From Eledone cirrhosa (lineage: Eukaryota), in NCBI GenBank assembly GCA_964016885.1, contig OZ024748.1:14384001-14448000 (forward strand): a stretch of DNA of 64,000 bases, read 5' to 3'. The notes below the pieces were generated by a model that had not been told where the DNA came from, did no database searches, and was given only the letters and a program-made list of their open reading frames with translations. Both the position numbers and the translations under genes were made by a program. Shown here in pieces: positions 28,809 through 41,900 of this stretch. Numbering within the stretch: position 1 is the first letter of the stretch; every line of letters begins with the position of its first letter.

Positions 28809-29916
28809 CGTAATAATAATAAACATGAACACAAAAATCCGAAGAGGGCTCGATAAGGATAATATATATATCAAATATATAAAAACCATAGAGCAAATAT
28901 TTATTAAAATAACAGATTAAAGTTGAAGCAAAGAATCTGCATTCACCCTTAACAGGATCTTCTGAAACTGAATTTCAGAAGATTCCATTAAGAGTAAAAG
29001 CACCGATTCTTTGCTTCAACTTTAATCTGTTATTTTAATATATATATATAAATATATAGAAGTGGTTACACAACAGTTAGTTCACCATACCAAGAACAAT
29101 TGTTTCACCATAGCGGATCCTCAGCTCGTAATCATTACGAGCTGAGGATCCGCTAAGGTGAAACAATTGTTCTCGCTATGGTGAACTAGCTGTTGTGTAA
29201 CCACTTCTACCTAACTCGTCCCATGGACTGAGTGCTCTACCACTATGGATATTACCTTCCAGTGTTCTACCACTATACATATATATGTGTGTGTATATGT
29301 GTTTATATATGTATATATATATATATATACTTGTATATATATATATGTATATATATATATATACACATATATATATATATACACATATATACACATGGAA
29401 ATGAAAAGTGCTGGTCATCAGATCAGACTAAGTGGTAGTATGATCTCTATTATTGGTACTATCTGGTCTGGTCTGAAATGCAACTGGCAGAAGGAGTAAT
29501 GTGAAATAAAGTATTTTTCTGAAGAATAAAACGCACCACCCTGTCAAAGAATTGAACTTATTACTATAGAATGTTGAGTTCAATAACCTAACCACAAGGT
29601 CTTATACCTTCACTAATGTAGTTATAACTGCTTCTAAACAGAAAATATCTTTCAGACAGATAAATATAACAAACAAACCTAAAGAAAAATCTATTTTGAG
29701 ACAGATAAAACATACAGCCAGAACAACAACTTAAACACAAAAACGTTTGATGTAAAAGTGTCGGAATTTTTCCAAACTTACCCAGTCCACAGGCCTTGCT
29801 ACAAGGTCCCCACGATGACCAATTTGAAAGCAAACAGTCGACATCACAAGGAACTTCACAAAATTCTTGTAAATTAAATCTTGGCTTTCCAGCAACCTAA
29901 GGAAATGGAAATAATA

Positions 29917-29956
<40 letters not shown>

Positions 29957-30404
29957 TTTGTGTGTGTGTATGTATGTCTCTCAATTACTTATATATATAT
30001 ATATATATATATCATCATCATCTATATATATATAGTTGTAAACATGACTGTCTCATTATGAAGTTTGACCTTATTGTGTTCCACATTGGGCAAGTATCTT
30101 TAATTAAATTATTTGGCTCAATAATACCTCATGTGTGCATGTATATACATACAATAATTGTTTCTACTTTTGGCACAAGGCCAGCAATTACCCAGTGCAT
30201 TACTGGTATTTTATTTTATCGACCCCGTAAGGATGAAAGGCAAAGTTAACCTCGGCAGGATTTGAACTCAGATCAGAAAGGGGCGTAACTCTGTGCTGCA
30301 AATCATCTTGTCCGACCCTCTACCACCCTTATATATACATACAATAATACCTTAAGAATGGTATTTTGAAGATGCAAGCATTGTAAATTTGAATGTATGT
30401 GTGC

Positions 30405-30459
<55 letters not shown>

Positions 30460-32274
30460 AGGGGGGGGGGGGGGAGCATCATCATTTTACATCTGTTTGC
30501 CATGTTGGCATGGTTTGGCTACTTAACTCTTATTTCAAATTAGTGTATTTTCTCATTGCACCAGCACTTGAGAGGTTATCATGTCCTCAGTGAAATAAAA
30601 ACATCTTGTCTACACTATGTTGTCTCTGTTTGTTTGTCACCTACATTACAGAGTGTACTGGATGCATTTTCTTGTGGTTCGAGAGTACTAAAACGATTAC
30701 TTTACTCCGATGCAAGACTAAAGAGTCCTCTCGAGGCTACACTGTCTCTGTTCATTGACCAAGAAAGTGAATTAAAAAAATACTCTAATACACACACACA
30801 CACATACATATATATATATTATATGTGTGTGTGTTGTGTATATAAACAAACACTCTCATACACATATGTGTATAACTTTTGCTTATGTATTTAAACAAAA
30901 CATTTAAACGAAAAACATTGGTACTTTGCAATATTTGTTCTGCAGCAGTTCCCAGACATTCCCTTGTCACATCTCACATCCACCATCAGAAATTCAGTGA
31001 AATTACTATTCATCAATTATGATATAAAATAACTAAATCAATAAAACTAGGAAGATGAATGAAAAGATGAATGAAATGAAAGAAAACCTCCATGATCACA
31101 TGACACCAGTTGGAAGAAGTGATACTTTTAGTTGAGTATGGAATCATACTGATATGGAAGATAGATGAATGGTGACTAATTAGTACTACATCATTGCAAA
31201 TATACAAAGAAAGATCTTTATTTACCTATTTATTCTCACTTCTTTTTTATTTATTCTCACTGATGTCTCAAAGAAAGAAATAGGTATATTGCTTGAACCA
31301 TCAATTTTACCAAAGCTCACCACCATCATCATCATTATCTATTCAATTTTCAATGCTAGTATAGGTTGGACCATTTGTCACATTCTGAGACAAGACAGAC
31401 CAAATGACAAGGTCTTGCTCATACGTTTTATTTAGACATTGATTTTACAGCCTGGTGCCTTTGCTAACGCCAACCACATTACAATGTGACTGGGTTAATC
31501 TCATTGTGGCCCCAGCAGTACAGCATTAGATTGTACATTTAGGCATGGTCAGTTACAGAAACATACCAAAATGAAATGTATCAAGAAGATTTGTCTAGTC
31601 ACTAAATGTGATGATCTGTCCATCTCATACTAGTGTAGAAAATGGATGTAAAACCTTGGTGGGATTTGAACTCAGAACGTGAAGTGCCGTAACTCTTTGC
31701 TGCAAAGCATGGTGTCTGACACTCTACTCATTCTGCCAATCCATTGCTCTTTAAAGGGCCACTAATAATAAAAATAATTTACTTACTTCATAGCAATAGT
31801 GACTCCTCTGTAATTTCCCATAATAATCTGTGCACATAACATAACGTTCCTTTTTACCAATGCCACAAGAAGCATCTCCATCTTTGATCATACAGGACGT
31901 CCATTCAGAAACTTTCCAAATATATTCCCTGCAGTTTTTCCCTTTAATACAATGATGTTGTTCACGGAGAGGTGGACACGATAGACTGTGTCGTCTGTAT
32001 TTATCTGGTTCTCTTAGAACCTTTCGGGTCCTCATTTGAATCTGTTGCATATTGCAAGGCTGAAGAAAAAAGAATGCAAAAAGTCAGTAAAAAAAATTGT
32101 AGTTTGGGGTATGTATATATAGGGCCAGGCACGGCTATATGGTTAAAGAGTTTAATTTCTTGAGATTCTGTATTCAGTTTGACAGCATGGCACATTTGGT
32201 AAGACTCTTCTACAATATCCACAAGTTGACAAAAGCTTTGTAAGTGGGATTCTGTAGAATGAAACTGCAGAAGT

Positions 32275-32355
<81 letters not shown>

Positions 32356-32767
32356 ATAATACAAGGATGATTTGTTAAGCCTTCATTATGTTTATGGTTG
32401 GTGATGCGTGTTTTGTTATTGATCAGCTCAAGGTTCGATATGTATCAATCTGGCCCAACTCTGGAATTAACAGCTCGTCGGACCTCTGCTGTGGTAATCA
32501 CAGAACAAAACTTTTATTGATTTCTTTTTTGTTGGACTATTAAGATATGGACTATAATTACACACATGCAAACACACACAAGTATATATATGTATATATA
32601 TAGACGTATATATAAATATATAAATATATATATATATACAGGAATATATATATATATAAATATATATATAAATACATATATATATAAATATATATATATA
32701 AATACATATATATATAAATATATATATATATAAATATATATATATATAAATATATATATATAAATAC

Positions 32768-32820
<53 letters not shown>

Positions 32821-35581
32821 AATATATATATATATAAATATATAAATATATATATATATATAAATATATATAAATATATATATATATATAAATATATATA
32901 TAAATATATATATATACATATGTTTCTGTATGTCTCTTGTGCTGGAAAGGAGGTCATGTATGTAAACAATCATTGAAAAATTGCTCTGAAGATGTCAAAC
33001 CTCGGTTTGGAAGAAACAATTTTAAGCGAATAAATGGTTTGAACAGAACTTTGATTCATGTAATTTCTATATATATAAATATATATATATATATAAGTTA
33101 TTCCCGGTTGAAAATAAGGTAACCACAGTAAGTAAGGTACTCAATACATAGAAGAGTATAAAGTTTTAATATAGAAGAGCTTCTACAGGACTAGAAATGT
33201 TTCATTCAGGATAAATCATATACTCTACTTTCTATTGAGTACATTACTTACTGTGGTTACCCCCAATTGAACCCGGGATAAACTTATATAGATATATAGA
33301 TATATATACATAAAATATATATATATATACGTGTGTGTATGTATATATATATGCAAATATATACACATACATATATATATATATATGTGTGTGTGTGCAT
33401 GTGTGTATTTAAAGTCCATCTCTTAATGGTCCAACAAAAAAGAAATCAATATAATAAGTTTGAATCTTGACAAAGTACATAATGTTCTCATATGGTTGTG
33501 TGATTAGCCTTGAGTATCAGTGGTACTTGACTCCCTAGAAACAATTTGAACTCAGAACACAATATGCCAGACCAGAACACGTAGTGCAAGCTTTCCCATG
33601 TGACACTCTAACAATTCTAACAATGTGTTATGGACTCATACTTTGCTTTATTGACCCCCAAAATAAGGGAAAAGAAACCTGGGATTTGAACCCAAAATGT
33701 TGAAAACTGGAACAAATAAAACAAGATATTTTATCTGATGTTCTGAGAACTTTGTTAGCTTGCCACCTTAAATTTTTGTATGTCACCATGTCTTATCCAA
33801 TCTGCTTGTGAAGGTAAAGCAATGACAAAACCTTGACTTCATCCTAACTTTTCTCTACTGGCTGCTTTACAGCAATAAGTTGCCACTTCTATTGCAAGCT
33901 GATACTATCTGTTGATACTAACTGTTGATACTAATTGTTGATACTAACTTGTGGTAGGAGGAGGAGAGATTTGTACACAGAACTACATAAGATGCTGCAA
34001 AGTATCCTGTCCAAGTCTCTTTTAACAGTTTTCCTAATCGAGCAACCCTGGGCAGGTGCTTTTTTATCGACCTTGAAAGAATTAAAGACTAAGTAGATCG
34101 GCAGCATTTGAAATCAGAATGTAGTGAGTCATAGTATTTAAACAGATGCCCTAATAACTGACAGATCTACTTCCTAATGTGGGTATTAAAAAGAAATAAT
34201 ATCAGGGTTTCTGAAAAACTGTATAGAAAGATGTACAAATGCACACACACTGCCAGATGTTCGGATTTATTTTTGTAAGTCAACATTCCACATGATTTAA
34301 GAGAGCCAATTTCTTGGCTCCTGAAGTGAAGTAGTTTACAGTACTAATGATCTATTTTAGGGTTTGGTAAATCGACCACTCGAACTACGTTATGGATGGC
34401 TTGTTGATGACTCCTTACTTCATCGAATTAAAATCAGACAAGAAAATATATCAAACCATATAAGTTTCCTTCCTGCTCCTTCTGAACACTTCTTTGATTT
34501 CATTAATTCATATCATTCTCTTTATATTAGCTTAACTTTACATGGTTCAAAAGTGACTGCAATCTTCTCCAAGACCAGTCCAATTATTTCTGTCAGTTGA
34601 TTACAAAGAATCAAATTAGTATCAGAAGTTTACTGTCTGTCAATTCTAGTTTTAGAAATGATATCTTCCTTGCAAGAAATACTGCCAAATTTAACTCTTA
34701 ATGTCCTGTACCACATAAAGCCACAATAGCAAGACATTATTGAAAAGCACAAAACATCATTATGGCTTCATCATGCTAAACATTAAAGGCATTGATGGAT
34801 TGGCAGAATCATTAGAGTATCAGACAACATGCTTTGCAGCATATAGTTACAGCTGTTTAAATTTTGAGTTCAAATCCCACTGAGATTAATTTTACATGTC
34901 ATCTTTACGGGATTGATAAAGTAAAGCATCAGTAATGCACTGATGTTGATTTCCCAAAATTGTTGACCTTGTGCTTAGATCAGAAAACATTAACTGCTAG
35001 CATCCTGTACTACTACAATAGTATGGCATTAACATATATACTCTAATATGGAACATTTTCTCAATCTGACGACTATAAACATTTAAATTAAATGGATCAC
35101 AGGAAATCACATTGACATAAGATTTTAGATATGTATAAAACTGCACTAGGCCTTCATTACATTACATATTAACATTTTTTGTTTATTCCAAAATGTCACA
35201 ATCTGTCTAGTGGTAAAGATACTATCAACATTTGAATTAAGAAACCTGCTTTTAGACATTTTCAGTTAAATAACTGCAGGTCGTTAACAGTGAAACTATT
35301 AAAGTCTGCAACTTTAAGACTAATAATTTCTGTGTCCCCTACAACCAACACCAAAAACAAACTAATATATTTAGAAACTGAGTTTTAATAAATGATTTTA
35401 AGATTAAACATTGACATCGTTTTATGGTTTAGTCAGAAGGAACCTTCAAGATAGGTGAGAGGTAGGACAGATGGTATACACTAACTGAAGATTTGGCTTA
35501 AAAACTTCAAAGTGATATTCAATTGCCTTGATTTAGTGAAGCTGGATATACTATTAAATGTCCATTTGATTAAAAATTATG

Positions 35582-35631
<50 letters not shown>

Positions 35632-35894
35632 TTATATATATATATATATGTTTATATATTCCTGTATTTTTGTTCATGAGAGCAAAGCTTATAGGTATAA
35701 AGTACCCAATACTTCAGGTTAGTGTAATATTCTTTACTCATTTATTAGTAAAGGAATAAAGACTGTAAATCTATCTATCTGTCTGCCAGCCTAGTGGTAT
35801 TTCTCTCATTCACTTCTTTCAGTGAGGGTGTGTGTGTATGTATACATTCACACACACACACACACTCACATATATATATATATGTGTGTGTGTG

Positions 35895-35927
<33 letters not shown>

Positions 35928-38900
35928 CATATTCAACTTGCAAATAATCTAAGTTTTGATAGTTTCAAAGGAAATCTTAATGCAAGATCTCCAACATGAA
36001 ATTTCCAATTTCAATAGTTTAATCAGTTTGGAATGATTCCTTCTTCCTGTCTGTTGAATTTTATTGGTTTTTCTGAATTCCTAATGACTTCCCTCAATAT
36101 CTAAACATGTAAAATTTCCCCCAATATTAATGTTGGCCATTAGCATACCTGGCCCACACTTCTTGGAAACATTAGTTTGTGTTATGCTATCCTATTTATT
36201 TCTTATCACTGACCTATTCCAAAGGTTTTCTTCCCCAATTTCAATTAAATCTAAAAATATATATAAAGGTGCAAGCATAGCTGAGTGGTAAAGGAATTTG
36301 TTATATATATATGTATATATGTGTGTGTAAGTTTTTACTTTGTCTCTGTTTATGTCTCTTAACATAGCAGTCCAGCAAGACAGAAATCAATATAATAAAT
36401 CCACCCGTGGAAAAAAAGTACAAGGGGTGATATCTTCTTCTTCATCATCCATTTATTCTTGGAAGGGTCATGGTGGCAGAGTCCTCAAACACTCCTTCCA
36501 GAAAGCTCTGTCAGAAGCAACAATCTCCAATTGATTTGGCTGGCTACTCAAGTGAGACCAGCTGAGCTCATGGATGTTATTCAACCATCTTTCTCTACCA
36601 CTGGGTCTCCTGCCAGTTGGTTTTGCCTGTAAAACTTGTCCAGCAATTCTTTCCTGAAACATTCTAACCTCATACCCATAGTATCAGAGCTGTGCTCTCT
36701 CAATTCAAAGAAGCAGCAGCTCCACCTGGAGCAACTCTCTGATCTTCAAACTATGCACTCGATTAAGTAACATTACTCCAAAGATCTTCGTAGGACCCCA
36801 TTTCGGCTGCTTGTATTTGCAACCATATTCTTTCAGTGATATCATGAACTAAATCCTTTCAAACTAGTGCCCTAGCATTGCTGAGTAATTACGTAGTTTG
36901 CTATATTTGTACATATTTGTGTGTGTTTGTCTTGTGTCTGCATTTATGCCTCTTAACTTAGCAGTCCAGCAAAAACAAGGATCAATATAATAAGTAGCAA
37001 CATTGAAAATAAAAAGTACTATGGTGTGATATGATAGACTAAATCCTTTCAAAACAGTGCTGTAGCGTGGCCATAGTCTAATGACTGAAACCAATAAAGG
37101 AATAAAAGAATGAACTAGCGAAAACAAGTATTACTGTCAAGGAATAAAAGAATGAACTAGAGAGAACAAGTATTATAAAGGAATAGGAGAATAAGATGGA
37201 GAGAATATCATCATCAGCATCATTCTCATCATTATTACCGTTTAGCGTCCATTTTTCCATGTTTGCATGAGGTAGACGGGCCGTCCATGCTGGGAGGCAA
37301 GTCTGGCCAGCGTTGGCCATGTCGTACCTTGCTCTAGCGAGGATTGTAAATTTGGCCGGGTATTTTACAGCTGGATGCCCTTCCTAACACCAACCCCATT
37401 TACAGAGTGGAACTATATATTATTATAAAGCAATAGCAGAATAAAATTGAGAATATATATGTATTACTTACTACATCACATTTTGTCCACTCAGTCCATT
37501 CACTCACAACACATTCCCTAACACATGGAGTACTGCAAATCCGTTGTTCAGCAGGTTTTGGAATCTCATCACAGTAAGAGTCTTGTAGTGATGAGCGCCG
37601 AGACAAATCATCTTTTTCCACACATCTAATTAAGAAAAAGAAAAACAGAAAATTTAGAAGAAAAAAAAAACAATGTTCTCTCTGTGTGCGTGTGCGTGTG
37701 TGTGTGCGTGTGCATGAGTATATATTTAAGAAAAGTCACCAAAAATAATAAACAATACAAGAGAACAATGCAATATAATAACAGTGATATTAGTTAACGC
37801 TTTATATATATATTATTTTAAATATATATTATATACATATATACACACATTATGTGTACATATATATATATTATTTGTAAATATATATATTTAATTATAC
37901 ATATATATATATATATATATATAAAACGAAGGAGGTGTGGTAAGGAACCAGATGGACCATAACGCACCAGAGTACTCAATACTTAGTGTAGTAGAGTGGG
38001 TAATAGGAAAAAGTTTAACCCTGACGGCAGAGCTCAAGCCATTTTGATGGCTATTTCTGGACAGAAATAGCCGTCGAAAAGGCTTGAGCTCTGCCGTTGG
38101 GATTAAACCTTTTCCTATATATATATATATATATATATACTCACATTATATATATATACATATATATATACAAACGTGTGTGTACATATTTATGTATGTA
38201 TAATGGAAATAACCATCAATGATGATTGATGAATTATGTACTGTAGGATAAAAACCTAGATTTAATTGTGATAGTGATGATGGTGATAATTAAGATGAAG
38301 ACATTGCCATGTTAATATTTGTACCAAATGCTGATTATCAAGATTCTGGTAATTACTATGTCACAGCAACAATTATGAAGCTGTTAAACTGAGGAGTAAG
38401 AGAAATGATAGTGATGCTGAAGAGGATGATAGCAGTTAATGTGAAAAATTTTAGGATTAACAAGAAGTCTTATTGTGTTAATTCAGGTATCTTGCCTCCT
38501 CTTATACAATCAATGCCGTTGTTTTCTGTAATTATATATATTGTGAGGAAATATGTGGTTACTGGTTCCATGTCAGATTTGGTCTCTCACAGCTGTAAGT
38601 CTTCCAGAAACATGTCAAATATTGGGTCTGACAATAACATTGGTTGGAAAAGTGGTGCTAATTTATTTCCAATAATATTTCTATCAGAACAGGGCAGTGA
38701 ATTAGCAGTATTGAACAACATGCTTTGCGTTATATAGTTATGGCCTTTTTATGTTCTGAGTTCAAATGTAACCGAGGTTAGCTTTGCCTTTCATCTTTAC
38801 AGGGTTGATGAAATAAAGTACCAGTAATGGACTGGGGTTGATTTAATCGACTTTCCCTTCCCCCAAAATAACTGGCTTTGTGCCTAAATCAAAAACAATA

Positions 38901-41900
38901 TTTATATTAGAAGGTTACTTTCAATCCTTTTTAACAGCAAACCATTTGGAACTGGCTCTGGTTCTACATTACAAAACTCATCAGCATCTGCATCCTTTTA
39001 TGTTCATTGTTCCACACATGCATAGGTTGGATGGGTCCTTCTGAGTACATCTCTCTACTTGTTACATTCCTCAGTCATTTCCTTTGTGAACTTTAACAAT
39101 CAAAGATCAGCTCTCACTATTTCCATCCAGGTCTTCCTTGGGCTTGTTCTATTGTGACTTCCTTCTACTGGGATTATTTGACACTTCTTCACCCAGCAAT
39201 CATTATCCATGTACATCACATGTCCATACCAATTCAGTCTCTTCTCCTAAACAATATTTCTGATTCTTCTTATACCCAGTCTTTCTCTCAGTTCATCCAT
39301 GTTGTTCTTGCACATTAACATTGCGCATCCATCAAAGCATGCTTGCTTCATTTCTCTCCAAAACTATTTGTTTAAAGTGTTTATCATCATCATTGTTTAA
39401 CATCCATCTTCCATGCTAGCATGGGTTAGACAGCTTTGTCCCATTCAAAGGCAAGTTGGGTCAGGTGACCATGTCTTGCTCATACAGGACTGTTTCTGGC
39501 TTCCTAGCGCCAACCGCATTTACAGTGTGTGCTGGGTGGTTTTGCCATGTCACCTATATGACAACTTTACAGTGTGTGCCAGATGTTTTGTGATACCAAT
39601 AAAACATATATACACACACACATGCACATATATATATATATATATATATATCATGATAATGAGGAGATATATATATATATGTACGTATATACATATATCA
39701 TGTTTATCTAAACAGCCTTTCATCATAATTTTATGTATGAACCTTTAAGTTATGCTCTACACACCAGATTAATAATAAGAAACTTAGTAGTAGTATTAAA
39801 TCCATCTACATTTTTGATTATATAACAAAAAAAGAAAATTACAGGCTGTGTCCTTCATTTGAAATTTGGCAATGGATGGTTTACTAGTAAATAAATAAAA
39901 TACACAGCATATCTTTTTATAACATCAATATGTTAAGATCTTTTGTATCATTGGTAATATACTCAGCTAGACTTCATACAGTTAAACATGGGTTAACCCT
40001 TTAGCATTTAAACCGGCTGTAACCAACCAGAATTCTCTCACCTCTTTCTGTTCAAACAGGCTGTAACTGGCCACTCATACTGATGTTAAGGTATTGTTCT
40101 CAAAATAAATAACATCAAAGTCTCATAGCTTTGATATTATGTAAGATAAGTATGTGAGTTAAAGCCTTTACCATGAAAATACATTAGTATATATATATAG
40201 AGTAATGTAAATGCTAAAGGGTTAAGGTTGTGTCCCTCGTTAGAAATTTGGCACTGGATGTTTTTCTGGAAAATAATTGAAATAAAATACACAGCCTATC
40301 TTTTAAAAATATCAATATGTTTTGATCTCCTTTTGTATTGTTGGTAATATACTCAGCTATACTTCACACAGTCAAGAACGGGTTAAGCTTTTCAATACCA
40401 TATTTCTAACAAAATTCCATACCAATATGTCTCTATTAATTTGGAAAATAGTAAAAAACAATTTGGAGAAATTTGGTTAAATAAGTGACTTTTTCATTAT
40501 TAAGCTGATATTTGGAGAATTACTTGCATTTTATTAGAAATATGGTAATGGAATGATTAAGTAAACAAGAAATTCCATTTTGCTAAACTACAAGGAAAAT
40601 TACTTTCACAATGAGATTCAATTAACAATACAATATTTCATCTATATTCACTTTCATGTGTATATTTTATCAATATATTTCAAATAAAGGTAGCTAGCAC
40701 CTTCGCTAATATTATTCAGCAAATGTAATAAAATTGAAAATCTGGAGTAGAATCAACACCAGTTGAAGCTTTGCAGCCAAAATTGTCATTATGTAGTAGA
40801 AATTCATTTACAATTAACACTTTATGAGACTCTATAACTTTTATTGTCTGAGATTCACATGAAAAGCTAGATGCTCTTAACTGATGATGTATTTAGTACT
40901 TATTTATTGTTTAAATAGGATAATGATAATTGTTCTCTAACAACAACAAAACTAATATTTTAAATGGCATATATCTACAACAACAACAGAAGAATTTTAA
41001 GTATATTAAGGAGGGGTTAGCTTTGTATAGAGCCCATATGCACCCCTTCCACCACTTCACCAAGCCTCTGGCTTTCATTCCCTCCTCCGTCATCTTTAGC
41101 CTTGTCTTTCCTCTACTCACTTCCATATTGATTTCAAACACTCTTCTCACCCAATCTCTTTCATCCTTCCTCAACATCAAACATCTATAACTATAAAATC
41201 ATCTGGAGAAAGCTTTATTGGAAACTTTTAATCATAAATATCAAGATACAGATAACAATACACATAGTGTTATTGGCAGAGAACTGAATACTAGCAGTAT
41301 GATGCCTGAACTACCTCCAAGCTTACTGTCATTAGAACATAGATGACCATCCACAAGAATGAGCACCTAAAGTTGGACTGGCTATTTCAGAGCATCTCCC
41401 TTGCTATTCTCTAATTTAAGACATTCACAATTCCTCTCACTGGGATCATGTTTTCATTGTTACAGCTCACACCTATGTAAGTTTATTTAAGTTCCTACAA
41501 AGCTGCATATCATAGGAGAATTTTGGGGGTGTTTAAATGATTGGGGCCCTCAGTCCTATTATGAGGAGCAATGTGAAATGAGAGATACCTATGTGCCACC
41601 AGATACAATAATCGAACCTATGATCTTATGATTGTGAGTACAGCACTTTAACCACTAGTCCACATCCTATAAGATGACAGTGTTATCAATTTTTTCAATA
41701 CTGATTGACTCAATCAGAAATAAATGTTAACTAGATTGCTTCATTTCCTTTGTGAATAGCATGTGTTATTTAGATTATGAATTGAATTGTTTGTCATAGT
41801 TGTTTTGTCATGGCTTCTCTAACTGAATGCTCTTTCTATCACCAATCACTTTAGAGCATGGACGTACTGCATTTTATCATGCCATCAGTACTTGAGAGAT

